Shown here in pieces: positions 6,794 through 16,775 of a stretch of 36,377 nt of DNA. Every line of letters begins with the position of its first letter. Position 1 is the stretch's first letter. Below the pieces are notes generated by a model. The model searched no databases and was not told the DNA's origin. It saw only the letters and a list, made by a program, of their open reading frames with translations. Position numbers and translations under genes: made by a program. Source of the DNA: an uncultured Clostridia bacterium (GTDB lineage: Bacteria > Bacillota > Clostridia > Christensenellales > UBA1242); NCBI GenBank assembly GCA_944384385.1, contig CALWTG010000003.1, forward strand, positions 1 to 36,377, in the 5' to 3' direction.

Positions 6794-9351
6794 TATCTTA
6801 CTCCTTTATTTAATCTGTTTATTTTGTATCTTATGGTTATCCCATTGACAGCACATGCACTTTGCGTATCACTGACATATCTAATAATTATAAAATTAAA
6901 ATTTCTTTCCTTTACCCTAATCGTATTGCTATTTGTGAATGAGCTTTCAAAAGAAAAGTCTTCAAAATCTATATCATTAAAATCAAACCCTTTTGTTCCA
7001 TAAGTGATAAAGTCTTTTTCTATATTTCTAGTTTGATATCCGATTGTTACTGCTCCTTTTACTAAAGGCTCAGTTGTTATTGACATTCCAAGAAGTGTCT
7101 TACTATACATATTTGTTCCTAAATCACAAATAGGAGTAAACCATTTAGATACTACATTTTGTTTAAAGCATATTGTCGCTAGCAATTCTGTTGGCATTGT
7201 ATAGTTGTATATAACTAAATCTAAGACATCGCCACCTGAAAACTCTTTAATTTGAAATTCGGCATTTTCTGTATCTACATTTGTTACATATAGTGTTTTG
7301 TTAGAAAGTTCTTTGCATAACCTAAACCCTAAATTTGTAGGAATAACTTGCGAGCCATTTGCATCTATGAGCTTAAATCTTATGTTGTCTAAGTCGACCT
7401 CTCCAATTTCATATTGAGTATCAACCAAAAGCCCTGTCCCATCAACTCTATCAGCATAACATTTTATACCCTGATAAAGCTTTGTTAAAGTTTCTTCGCC
7501 AACTGAAATATAGCCATCTTCATCTATTTCGAGTAATTCATTGTCATCTAAAAAGAGTGAATATAATTTACCTTGCGTTATAGTGATGCTACTGCTCTCG
7601 TTTAAATCATTGTTAAGACTTAAATTAAATAAAATTTTATCATCAGTAAATGAAACGGATAAATCTCCAGCTTCAGTATCCTGAAATGTTGTGTCTGCAT
7701 AGTTATTTTCTTCAAATATACAAATATGCCCATCAGTTGTTCCAAACAGTAATTTATTATCAATTTCACACCAAACTCTTGCATTTACATTCGTAAGATA
7801 CCACCACTCATAGTTAAAGCTATCGCTTATATCTTCATCGGCTTGAAAAGTAAATCTACTATCGCAAACATAAACTACATTTCCTACCGAAAGATAATAT
7901 TTATCTTGGTAGACAAAGCCACAGGCATCCTGTAAATTTTCTTCTTTTAATAGCTTGACATTGATGTTTCTGCTTCTTTCTCGAAGTCTATAAGCACTTG
8001 TTGCTAAATTGTCATACAATTCTAGCCCACGAACACCATTTCTTGTCAAAATTAAATTATCCCCATTTAAACTTGCTGTTGCATATCTTGCATAAATAGT
8101 GTCAGTTATGTTCCCGGCATACTTAGTAAATCTAGTTACAAAGCTTATATTCCCTGCATAATCTTCCTCTTCGGTATCTGCTCCACTTATATAATAAATT
8201 GTTGCATCTGCACCATTTTTCTCTTTAAAAACTATCAATACTCCATCTGTAGCCCTAACATATCCTAAAATAGCACTGTTGTCACTACCTATTTCATCGT
8301 AATTTGTGTCAGCGAAATATGTAAAATCATACATTTCACTCCAAACATGAACATTTTTTCTAGTTTTAGAGCTAGTTAAAAACAACCTATTTGAATTTCC
8401 TCCACCACCAAAAAGCGTGCTGAGTGATGCATTTATAATAAAATCATCTTGACCTTCTTCGCTACACTTAAATGTTATAATAATATTTGATGTATCAGCT
8501 TCTTGTGGTTTTGTGTTTATATTTAACTTTATTTTGCCATTACCATAATCAATTTCTCCCACTGCATTGATATCATCATTTTCTTTATATAGTTGTGTTT
8601 TATCGCTAGTTATCCTATTGTTAATTTTGATGAGTTCTTGGTTGTTTTCTGCATCAAGAGTATATATCTCTATGCTAACATCGCTATTGCTATTTATTTT
8701 CATGGTATCAACAGTCCATGTAGCACTGCTGTTATCCACCCCAAGCATTTCATTTTTCCTGTAGGATGACAAAAGATTTACAGCATCAAAGCTTGCCCTG
8801 TTTTCATCTGCAACACTATCATTATCTATGTTGATTGTTGTTGTCGGAATATAGGTGTCCTCATTGTCGAACACTCTTCTTAACTCAAAATTTTCACCCC
8901 ATTTTCCATAAACTAGATAATCACCGCATCCAACTATATATGCTTTGTTTTTGTTTATATAAAGCTGTATTCTTTGACTTATAAGTCTATTTGTATCAAT
9001 GTTTGCTGGTGTGTAGGTGCAAGTGTTGGTAATATTGCTGGCTATATATCTATTTTTAGAGCTATCCCAAGTTAAACGATAAAATTTAGTTCCAGCATAC
9101 ACTAAAACAATATTTTCATTTTCTATTTCAAAAGAAAAGATGCCATTTATCTCATCAGGCAATTTACACAAACTTCTCCAGCCATTTCGCTTTCTAACAG
9201 TTCCATTTTCATATAGCAAGTTTTCTGCAGAGATTGCTCTGTTTTGGGCTACTTTATAAGGAGATGTTGAGAAATCTACACCCCTAAAATTATCAAAGGT
9301 GTAAACTTTCCTTTCTTTTAATGATAAGCTCTGACTAACCCTTATACTCAT
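6793..9351 (-). CDS. Tail nozzle / DNA stabilization protein (P22 gp10 / T7 gp12-like)
   Basis: 852 aa beta-rich; N-terminal FRGVDFS...AENL...VRKRNG pattern; position after capsid and adaptor. Confidence 0.7.
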   Translation of the reverse strand: MSIRVSQSLSLKERKVYTFDNFRGVDFSTSPYKVAQNRAISAENLLYENGTVRKRNGWRSLCKLPDEINGIFSFEIENENIVLVYAGTKFYRLTWDSSKNRYIASNITNTCTYTPANIDTNRLISQRIQLYINKNKAYIVGCGDYLVYGKWGENFELRRVFDNEDTYIPTTTINIDNDSVADENRASFDAVNLLSSYRKNEMLGVDNSSATWTVDTMKINSNSDVSIEIYTLDAENNQELIKINNRITSDKTQLYKENDDINAVGEIDYGNGKIKLNINTKPQEADTSNIIITFKCSEEGQDDFIINASLSTLFGGGGNSNRLFLTSSKTRKNVHVWSEMYDFTYFADTNYDEIGSDNSAILGYVRATDGVLIVFKEKNGADATIYYISGADTEEEDYAGNISFVTRFTKYAGNITDTIYARYATASLNGDNLILTRNGVRGLELYDNLATSAYRLRERSRNINVKLLKEENLQDACGFVYQDKYYLSVGNVVYVCDSRFTFQADEDISDSFNYEWWYLTNVNARVWCEIDNKLLFGTTDGHICIFEENNYADTTFQDTEAGDLSVSFTDDKILFNLSLNNDLNESSSITITQGKLYSLFLDDNELLEIDEDGYISVGEETLTKLYQGIKCYADRVDGTGLLVDTQYEIGEVDLDNIRFKLIDANGSQVIPTNLGFRLCKELSNKTLYVTNVDTENAEFQIKEFSGGDVLDLVIYNYTMPTELLATICFKQNVVSKWFTPICDLGTNMYSKTLLGMSITTEPLVKGAVTIGYQTRNIEKDFITYGTKGFDFNDIDFEDFSFESSFTNSNTIRVKERNFNFIIIRYVSDTQSACAVNGITIRYKINRLNKGVR

Positions 9352-9352
9352 A

Positions 9353-9973
9353 CTATTCCATCCTATAAACTTGATATATATAATTTTGCTTGCTTTGTGT
9401 TTGTGCTTTTAAGTCATCAAGACAAGCCTCAAAAATGTTCCTAGCATCAGCAGCAAGATTTGGCTCTTCTTCTTGATATAAATCGCCCTTAATAAAATAA
9501 GGTATAAGCCTAGCGATATTGTCAGGAAGCCACATTTCATCAGTATCTTGCACTGTATCATCCATAGTTTTGAGTTTTGGATAATAAATAATGCGATAGT
9601 CTGCATTGGCTTTTTCAAGCAATAACTCATTCCCCTCTAACTCATAGGATGCACTGCCATCATACTCTCCATTTGCATATTCAGCACTTACCCTATCAAT
9701 AACAAACAAATCTTCTATCTTACTTAAATCAAAACGAGAAAAGTGTGTGCCAACTGTAAGCTCATCATCTGTAATAAGTCTTGATTTTGTAGGAACAACA
9801 CAAGCATTTTCAATTCTATCTAAAGCCCTAGAGATTGCTCCATTCATATTGACAATGTAACTACCATAGTTTTCATCGCTTATCATCCTTTGCAAGTCTT
9901 CTATTGCCATATCAAAACTATAGTTAGTAAACATTAGTTTTATAGCTTCAATTTTTATATCTCCAACTTTCAT
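9353..9973 (-). CDS. Head-tail adaptor (tail tubular protein A-like)
   Basis: 206 aa between capsid region and nozzle; size and synteny match podovirus adaptors. Confidence 0.6.
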   Translation of the reverse strand: MKVGDIKIEAIKLMFTNYSFDMAIEDLQRMISDENYGSYIVNMNGAISRALDRIENACVVPTKSRLITDDELTVGTHFSRFDLSKIEDLFVIDRVSAEYANGEYDGSASYELEGNELLLEKANADYRIIYYPKLKTMDDTVQDTDEMWLPDNIARLIPYFIKGDLYQEEEPNLAADARNIFEACLDDLKAQTQSKQNYIYQVYRME

Positions 9974-9990
9974 AACTTTCCTCCAAATTG

Positions 9991-10052
9991 TCTAGGAATA
10001 AGGAATTGCACCTTAATCTGCATAAAGCCATTTTCTTTAAACTATTCCCACA
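9991..10052 (-). other. Degenerate tRNA-like structure
   Basis: TGGGAA-TAGTTTAAAGAAAA...TAAGG-TGCAATT-CCTTA-TTCCTA: acceptor-like stem and 5-bp/7-nt T-arm present, anticodon arm reduced. Confidence 0.35.
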
Positions 10053-10056
10053 TGTT

Positions 10057-10090
10057 AGGCACTGCATCTCATAACTACAGTGCCTTTTTT
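10057..10090. terminator. Stem-loop after head genes (T-tract on + strand only)
   Basis: AGGCACTG...CAGTGCCT inverted repeat at 10057-10085 followed by TTTTT on +. Confidence 0.5.
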
Positions 10091-10091
10091 A

Positions 10092-10313
10092 TTAAATAAG
10101 GTCAGCATTTTCAAGCATCTTTTTAATGACATTAGGAACACTTACCTCTTTTCCTCTCTCAATAAAATATGGATACCCGTTAAGTTGAACAGCCACTACC
10201 AAGTCCTTTGGGTTTTGTTTATCAATAGGAATTTTGATAGTAACTTTTGGTAGCTTGTCTAGTTTTGCTTTCATTCCACCAGCTACAACATTTGAATTTG
10301 TTTTTTTAGCCAT
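10092..10313 (-). CDS. Hypothetical phage protein downstream of capsid
   Basis: 73 aa with AGGAGG RBS; VQLNGYPYFIERGKEVSVP. Confidence 0.75.
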   Translation of the reverse strand: MAKKTNSNVVAGGMKAKLDKLPKVTIKIPIDKQNPKDLVVAVQLNGYPYFIERGKEVSVPNVIKKMLENADLI

Positions 10314-10330
10314 AGTTTTATCCTCCTATA

Positions 10331-11329
10331 TTAGCCTTGACTTCCAGCGTCAGAGCTATCACTTGAAGTTGTATCAGCATCAGCTACCACTTCAGTTGCA
10401 GCAGAATTTACTCTCATGCATCCAAGAGCATCAAGAATAACTGCTGTAAACAACGCTTTCCAGCCGATTGTGCTGATTTGGTTTAATGGGTCGCTTCTGT
10501 CGCTATCATCATCTCTTGCGATTTTGATAATAGATTTTGGCTTGCTACCATTTTCGATATCAACGATACCATAAGCATTTTTACCTACTGCAAGTCCACT
10601 ATAAATATTTACAGGAGTGCTTGCTTCGTTCTCTGTAGGCTCAACAAGTGAAGTATCAATAAATTTAAAGCCGTGAATACGACCAACTTCACCATCTTCA
10701 ATGTTTTTGCCATTGTGGTTGTAACTGTTTACACTTTGCCACAACTCATCACGCATAACATCTGCAATTTGCTCAGGTGAGCAGAACATAAGGTAATAGC
10801 CATCTTGGAACGGTTTAATGTTGTTACGCTTCATAATTGTTCTTATTTTAAGAACTTCATCAGCTGTAAGCTTGTCTGTAGATGCGATATCATCAACATC
10901 AACACCTCCACCAACATTGTAAACATTGGTTGTCTTGAGTAGAACATCACGAGCCACCCTGTCAAGTGTTTCGCCTGCTTGTTCGCCTTCAAGCTCAACT
11001 GTTTCAGTGATGATTGGGTCATAAGCTGTTGTTTCAAGAACATCAGTAACTGATACAACATCACCATATTGAGCTACGGTTGCTTTGATAGAACTTACAC
11101 TCAAGTCCTTTGCTGTAGGAGGTGTTCCTTCAGTAAGTGGTGTAGTTGCTGGTTTAAGTGAGTTAAATTTTCTAAACTCAATAGTTTTGCCATTTCCCTT
11201 TGGAATTGGTCTTTTTTGTCCGTATTTTACGAACACAAGATTTGGTAGTGCTCTTTCAAGCAATGTTCTATCATAAAATTCTTTGATTTCTGCTGAAAGA
11301 CCTGCACTGGTTGTAGTATTTACTGCCAT
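10331..11329 (-). CDS. Major capsid protein (N4-gp56-like family)
   Basis: 332 aa; FYDRTLLERALPNLV...PIPKGNGKTIEFRK, GEVGRIHGFKF, DPLNQISTIGWK. Confidence 0.9.
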   Translation of the reverse strand: MAVNTTTSAGLSAEIKEFYDRTLLERALPNLVFVKYGQKRPIPKGNGKTIEFRKFNSLKPATTPLTEGTPPTAKDLSVSSIKATVAQYGDVVSVTDVLETTAYDPIITETVELEGEQAGETLDRVARDVLLKTTNVYNVGGGVDVDDIASTDKLTADEVLKIRTIMKRNNIKPFQDGYYLMFCSPEQIADVMRDELWQSVNSYNHNGKNIEDGEVGRIHGFKFIDTSLVEPTENEASTPVNIYSGLAVGKNAYGIVDIENGSKPKSIIKIARDDDSDRSDPLNQISTIGWKALFTAVILDALGCMRVNSAATEVVADADTTSSDSSDAGSQG

Positions 11330-11350
11330 AATTTTATCCTCTCTTTATGA

Positions 11351-12160
11351 TTAAATTTTTTCGCCTCTTTTAACCTTTTCCACCATTTGCTCGAACTCTG
11401 CTTTTGACATATCTTTTACGCTTTTAGCAGGTTGTGGAGCTTGGCTTGAAAGTTTGCCCGGCGTTGCTGCATTGTTTGCGAGTAATTGAGCAGCTCTATC
11501 TCTTGCTCTTTCTTCGCTTTTTTCTATGAAAGACTGATAATCTGCATAAATTTTAGTCATAGGCATTTTCCCAGCCTTTCCTAAGGCAAAGGTGCGAAAT
11601 AGGTCATCTTGCAAAAGTTCATCAAGTTTAACATCAGGGTGTTTGGATATAAAATCATCTCTATCTTTTGATATCCACTCCTCTTGACTGCTTGCTTCTC
11701 TTTGTGCTTTTTCCTTTTCTTTTGCTTTGTCTTTGAGAAATTTATGATAGTCAGTTATAGGGTCTTTACCCTGCTTTTCAATCTCTTTCATAGTAAGGTA
11801 TTCTTCTACATCTGCACCATCTTCCATTTTCTCGTGTGTGTATGGGTTTTCCCCGTCTAAAGCTTCTATGATTGCATCATATCTGGCTTTTTCAAGTGCT
11901 TTCTTTTGCTCTGCTCTTCTTCGCTCACGAGCATAGTCAGCATTGGTTTTTTGAGATTTTGTCTTTTCTTCACTGCTTTCTTTTGGTTTAGCATCGGCAT
12001 TCTTTGTGTCTTGTGTCTTATCTTCGCCATTTTCATTATCAGTGCTTGTAAACTCTATCTCATTTTCTTTGCTAGTGTCAGCGATTTCACTAGCTCCTAC
12101 TTCTGCAGTGTTATCTACAGGCTCGGTTGTTTGCGCTGATTGTTCTTTGATATCTTCCAT
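11351..12160 (-). CDS. Capsid scaffolding protein
   Basis: 269 aa charged, helical, acidic N-terminus, C-terminal MSKAEFEQMVEKV; located between portal and capsid. Confidence 0.75.
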   Translation of the reverse strand: MEDIKEQSAQTTEPVDNTAEVGASEIADTSKENEIEFTSTDNENGEDKTQDTKNADAKPKESSEEKTKSQKTNADYARERRRAEQKKALEKARYDAIIEALDGENPYTHEKMEDGADVEEYLTMKEIEKQGKDPITDYHKFLKDKAKEKEKAQREASSQEEWISKDRDDFISKHPDVKLDELLQDDLFRTFALGKAGKMPMTKIYADYQSFIEKSEERARDRAAQLLANNAATPGKLSSQAPQPAKSVKDMSKAEFEQMVEKVKRGEKI

Positions 12161-12216
12161 ATCTTACTCCTTATGATTTTCACGCTGTTCATCTGCGAAA
12201 TTTATAATCAAAGCAT

Positions 12217-14190
12217 TTAGCTTGGACTACCAGTATTAGTTGCTTGCCCGTTTTGTGTTTGCTGTGCCTGTTGTGTCTGTGTTGGCTGTGTATTTATTCC
12301 ACGATTTCGAGCAACTTCACTTGCCATTTGTTTAGCATCGTTATAAAACTCATTAGTTCTACTTGCAAGCCCTACCAAAATTTGATTTGCTTGTTGCATC
12401 TTTGCCGTATATTCTGCTTGCAGAGCCATCAATTTCTCTTTCAAAGTCCTATTCTCATTGACTATTGTCTGAGCATTATTGATTGTCTGTTCTTGCTGTT
12501 TAAGTATCTCGGATGCTTGCTGTAATTGCATTTGTAGTTGTTGCAATTGAGCCGTTACTTGAGCGATTTGGCTTTCTTCTTCGTTATCTATGTATTCAAG
12601 CAACTTTTCTCTATTGGCTATTGCGTTGTCAGGATAGCATTTTATATATGTCTTAAGGCTAATTGAGCCTTTAGCGAAAAGCCCATCAAGTATATTGATA
12701 TCAGCAACATCACTCATAACTGTTCCAGCCACTGCCTCCGCCACCACATCAAAGTGGACATTGTGATAATCATCACTGCTAAATTCATCTGCCTTTAGCT
12801 CGCCGTCCTTATCTTCATCTTTATATTGAAACTTTTTGTCTTTATAGAAGAAACGCATAAACTGCTCTAGTATCTCGCCAACTTCTTCCATTCCACGCCA
12901 AAAGTTCTTTTGTAGGTCTTCAATAGGTTTAAGTGCTTGTGCTTGCAATTGCGCTATAGCAGCACCACTCATGCCAGCTGATATAATCTCGCCATTCATA
13001 ACCTCACTGCTACCTATAGCAACTCTTGTCAAGTCAGCAATTTTGTCAACCAAGTTTACACTTGCCTGTGTCATTCCTTGCTTGCTTGCAAATCTTATAC
13101 CATTCCCAGTCTTGCTATAATCTGTAATAACTTGTCCGGGCTTATTGGTTATCTTTTGTCCACGCAGTGCATCAGGAGCAACTATTATAGGGCTCATCCC
13201 TTCATTTTGCGCCATAAGTATTTGTAAACCCAAAGTCCAGTTAATTGCTTTTTGATTAGGTATTATTGTTTCTACCTCTCCTCTGCCATATATTGATTTA
13301 TCTCTATTCTTCCAAGACTTGAAAACAATAGGATAAACACTTGCCTTTTGCTTGCGTATGTATTTGCTTGAAGGCTCTTCTTTTTCTTCTTCATCTTTTT
13401 TGCCCTCAATTGCGTTTTTGTATTTCTTAACATTAGGTGTAAATGGTCTAGCTTCATTAAATATGATTGCTTTTGTTGCTCTTTCAAAATACACTTCGCC
13501 TTCATGCCTAAAGAAACGAGTTAGCACTGTTGCATATTTAGTGGTATCACTCTCCACTTCGTGATAGATGCTATCGCTATCATCATCGGTTATCTTAGTT
13601 TTATCAACACCTTCATCGGCTATTTCTCTCAGCTTCTCAACATTCTCACGAGATACTATCATAACCCACTCTTGTTTTTGCACATCCTTTTCACTAGGGT
13701 CAGCAAACAACACATTTGTTGGGTCAATCAATTGTGATGCGATATCGCCTTCAATCAGCCCGTCAAGCCCTACTACATCCTTGTCCCAGTAAAAATATTG
13801 ACACCAAGAACCTTTGATTATTCCATCGAGAACTGCCTTATTGTTCATTTCATCTTGTTTAAGCCTTGCTTGCTGATATTCTGCAAAGCGATTAAACTTT
13901 TCTACATCAACATTTGGGTCATCACATTTATAAACAATCTTGATAGGACTAGATAAAACTTGTGATTTTTTGTTATTGCAGTTCATCTCTACAATATTTA
14001 CAACTGGTCTAGGAAAGAATTTTGTGTCTTTAGTTGGTTTAGCCCACTGGTCGCCCTCATAAAAGCGAACACACTCTGGTATAGTTGTAGGCAAGCCTAT
14101 TGCGTTTTGATAAGCAATGGCATCTCTATACCAAGTGTTTAATTGCTCTATAGTAGCACCTATCTTTTTTTCGTTTTTTGTTTTACTCAT
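12217..14190 (-). CDS. Portal protein (P22-like, with C-terminal coiled-coil barrel)
   Basis: FYEGDQW, SIYGRGEVE..IPNQKAIN, SGAAIAQLQ motifs, Q-rich C-terminus. Start reassigned to MSKTK at 14190 (track start 14223). Confidence 0.88.
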   Translation of the reverse strand: MSKTKNEKKIGATIEQLNTWYRDAIAYQNAIGLPTTIPECVRFYEGDQWAKPTKDTKFFPRPVVNIVEMNCNNKKSQVLSSPIKIVYKCDDPNVDVEKFNRFAEYQQARLKQDEMNNKAVLDGIIKGSWCQYFYWDKDVVGLDGLIEGDIASQLIDPTNVLFADPSEKDVQKQEWVMIVSRENVEKLREIADEGVDKTKITDDDSDSIYHEVESDTTKYATVLTRFFRHEGEVYFERATKAIIFNEARPFTPNVKKYKNAIEGKKDEEEKEEPSSKYIRKQKASVYPIVFKSWKNRDKSIYGRGEVETIIPNQKAINWTLGLQILMAQNEGMSPIIVAPDALRGQKITNKPGQVITDYSKTGNGIRFASKQGMTQASVNLVDKIADLTRVAIGSSEVMNGEIISAGMSGAAIAQLQAQALKPIEDLQKNFWRGMEEVGEILEQFMRFFYKDKKFQYKDEDKDGELKADEFSSDDYHNVHFDVVAEAVAGTVMSDVADINILDGLFAKGSISLKTYIKCYPDNAIANREKLLEYIDNEEESQIAQVTAQLQQLQMQLQQASEILKQQEQTINNAQTIVNENRTLKEKLMALQAEYTAKMQQANQILVGLASRTNEFYNDAKQMASEVARNRGINTQPTQTQQAQQTQNGQATNTGSPS

Positions 14191-14437
14191 CTTTCTTTCC
14201 CTCGCCAAAGAAATATTCCTCATAAATCTGCTCTGCAGTCTTTCTGTTTGTTATATCTTCAATATTGTTTTCGAGTGTTGTTGATACTTCGTTTAATTTA
14301 TCTTTAATGGACTTTATCTTTTCATCGGTATTGGCTTTACTATCAGCTATACTTTGCTGCAAACTACCAATACGATTGTTGAGCTTTGTTATTGTTTCAA
14401 GTAGTTGTTTATACTTTTTCCTTCCTAAAATTACCAT
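14183..14437 (-). CDS. Hypothetical coiled-coil protein
   Basis: 84 aa overlapping the terL stop and portal start. Confidence 0.7.
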   Translation of the reverse strand: MVILGRKKYKQLLETITKLNNRIGSLQQSIADSKANTDEKIKSIKDKLNEVSTTLENNIEDITNRKTAEQIYEEYFFGEGKKDE

Positions 14438-16146
14438 TCTACATACACCTCATCATCTTCATCTTCTTCGTTTTCAAAGAACTTCTCCAGTCTGCTCTTT
14501 GGTTTATGGACTGGCTCGACCTTTATCCAGTTGACATCTCCCTCTTCTATGGAGATATAGTTTGCAATCGCTTTAGCCATTACCAAGTCATCATGGTAGC
14601 CTTCTTGAGCCTCTTGCTTGCCATTCTCTTTGCGAACAAATGTAAGCATTTCTCTAAGTGTTGCGATATCACACTCTGCAGCCACATTTTCTCTCATTGT
14701 TGTTACTAGAGATTGCAAGATTATTGGTTTGGTTAGTCTGTTTGTTTCAAAGCCAAAGACTTTTTGTATTTCTCTTGTAGTCGTTTCGTATCTTTTCCTT
14801 TGATAAAGATTTGGATAGTCTAACTCAACAAGCTCTTTTGTTGGAGCGTAAGAGTAGTTAGTTTCAAGTCCTATTAGTGCATCATGATAATACTTGCCTA
14901 GACAATAAACTTGGTCTGCATACTTGTCCTCATCTATTCTTTGCTTTCGCAGTGTGGCTACAGTTTCTTGCGTGTCATCAGCCACAACCTTTGCTGTGTA
15001 GTAGTCAAGCCCTAACCCTGCAGTATCGCCACCTATGGTGTATCTTCGCTTTGCAATAATCTCATTATCAGCATTGCGTTTTACACTAGGCTCCTCATGT
15101 ATGGTTATTAAGCCATTTTCTTTTTCAATAAACTTGATGTCGCTTATTCTCTTGTCAATGGCTACCACTTCACCTTTTTCGTTCTTTACTGGATGCATTG
15201 TTTTCTTATACTCAAACTCTCCACGCTTCCAGCCACTTATAAGTGGTCTATTATGCTCGATTTGACTTACGATGATATCTTTATCAAAGATACATTCACC
15301 ACTTGCTAGGAAAGCTTCTTCAGGGCAAGATGGATACTCTTGTTTAAATGTGTTTACATCATTACCACAGCTGTTCCTTATGCACCATCTACGCCAAGCT
15401 ATTTGCTCATTATCAAGATTGTAGAGTTTCTTGAGTTCTTGCTCTTCTTCTGTCAGCTCCAGCTCGCCACATGGTAGCCTATACTCATCCAGCTCCCACC
15501 AAGCACAGAATAGTGGCTCAAAGTCATTCTCACCATCGCAAGCTTTGTCCCATAATTCTTTGAAATAGTCATAACCCTTTGCAGTGCTCTCAATAATAAT
15601 TAGAGTATTTGGTTTGTTTGGAACAGCTTGTAATAGTCCATCAAGTATCTCTTTCGCATGTGTCCAAGAAGAAACTTCACTTAGATGCAAGTTTTGAAAG
15701 GTATCACTTCTTCCTATACCATCGCCACCAGCAGTCATACATTTGACTTTGGAACGCAGTCCATTGCCTTCTCTATCATCAAAGATAATCTCTTTAGCAT
15801 TGGATGCTTTGGTTTTAGGTTTAAGTTGCTCAGGCAATTCTTCCAAGAAAAGCTTTGACATATTAAACAAGTTTGTTGTCGCATCATCTTTGTGAGCGAT
15901 TATGCCACTATTTACATTCGCTTTAGTGGCAGTGCGCTTGAATAATATCGCCTCTGTGAGTGTAGAAAAGCCCATTTGTCTTGCTTTGAGAATAATAACT
16001 CGCTGTGGTTTCCCAGCTTCACTCTGTCGCTTTAATAAGTCGTAGAGTTTTAATTGAGGTTTATTAAGCTTAAAAGGAATAATCTCGCTATCCTTTGTCT
16101 TAATCTTTAAAAACTCCTCAATATACTTTTTTGTGTTAATATTCAC
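14431..16146 (-). CDS. terL: Terminase large subunit
   Basis: ILKARQMGFST (Walker A region), LHLSEV (Walker B), IESTAKG, QEYPSCPEEAF, IGGDTA and HDDLVMA nuclease motifs. Confidence 0.95.
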   Translation of the reverse strand: MNINTKKYIEEFLKIKTKDSEIIPFKLNKPQLKLYDLLKRQSEAGKPQRVIILKARQMGFSTLTEAILFKRTATKANVNSGIIAHKDDATTNLFNMSKLFLEELPEQLKPKTKASNAKEIIFDDREGNGLRSKVKCMTAGGDGIGRSDTFQNLHLSEVSSWTHAKEILDGLLQAVPNKPNTLIIIESTAKGYDYFKELWDKACDGENDFEPLFCAWWELDEYRLPCGELELTEEEQELKKLYNLDNEQIAWRRWCIRNSCGNDVNTFKQEYPSCPEEAFLASGECIFDKDIIVSQIEHNRPLISGWKRGEFEYKKTMHPVKNEKGEVVAIDKRISDIKFIEKENGLITIHEEPSVKRNADNEIIAKRRYTIGGDTAGLGLDYYTAKVVADDTQETVATLRKQRIDEDKYADQVYCLGKYYHDALIGLETNYSYAPTKELVELDYPNLYQRKRYETTTREIQKVFGFETNRLTKPIILQSLVTTMRENVAAECDIATLREMLTFVRKENGKQEAQEGYHDDLVMAKAIANYISIEEGDVNWIKVEPVHKPKSRLEKFFENEEDEDDEVYVEW

Positions 16147-16687
16147 TCTTATCCTCTACTTTCTTTATTAAGTCCTCAAGCCTTAGGTTGCCCTCAACTC
16201 TGCTTGTAGGCTCATTGCTTGCCAGTGCTTGTTTGTCATAGATAGTCCCCAGCACTGTAGCAATCTTGCCCACATCTTCAACTTTAATGGTGCTTATCTT
16301 TCTATAAAGCGCTTTCCTTTGCTCTTGCGAAAGGTCTTTATTGTCTAGTAAAAGTATCTCTTCTAATAGTTGGTCTATTTTATCTTCGCTGTATAATGCA
16401 CGCTCAATTCTTTTCATAAGTAGGTTTTGTGTCTTTTCTATAATCTCCCATGCATTATCAACAAACTCAGCTTTCTTTTTCTTACGAAGTGCTACGAGGT
16501 CTTTATCTTGTGGCACATCCCCAGTATTTGCTTGCTCTAAAAACTTTTTTTCCCAAGTCTTTACTGTGGTGTATTTCAAGCCAAGGTTGTCAGCTACGAA
16601 CTTTGCATTGTTGTTTGTTGCCAAAAGTGCAAGAGCCTTTTCTTTTATGTCATCATTAAATTTCTTGCCCCTTTGCGACTTTTCCAT
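16136..16687 (-). CDS. terS: Terminase small subunit (N-terminal HTH)
   Basis: Directly upstream of and overlapping terL; HTH-like NAKFVADNLGLKYTTVKTW. Start reassigned to ATG 16687 with AGGAGG RBS. Confidence 0.7.
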   Translation of the reverse strand: MEKSQRGKKFNDDIKEKALALLATNNNAKFVADNLGLKYTTVKTWEKKFLEQANTGDVPQDKDLVALRKKKKAEFVDNAWEIIEKTQNLLMKRIERALYSEDKIDQLLEEILLLDNKDLSQEQRKALYRKISTIKVEDVGKIATVLGTIYDKQALASNEPTSRVEGNLRLEDLIKKVEDKSEY

Positions 16688-16732
16688 TAAAATTCCTCCT
16701 ACTTTTACTAATAATAAGTATAAAAGCAAAAA

Positions 16733-16750
16733 AGGGACATTTAGGGACAT
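16733..16750 (-). promoter_or_regulatory. Tandem direct repeat ATGTCCCT x2, candidate late-activator binding site
   Basis: AGGGACAT at 16733-16740 and 16743-16750 (10-bp period) between the activator gene and terS. Confidence 0.5.
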
Positions 16751-16775
16751 CTTTTGAAAAACAAAAAAGAGAGCT

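Noticed and set aside
9991-10052. Functional tRNA gene
   Set aside because: Too short, no proper anticodon arm, non-canonical T-loop (TGC rather than TTC); kept only as tRNA-like.
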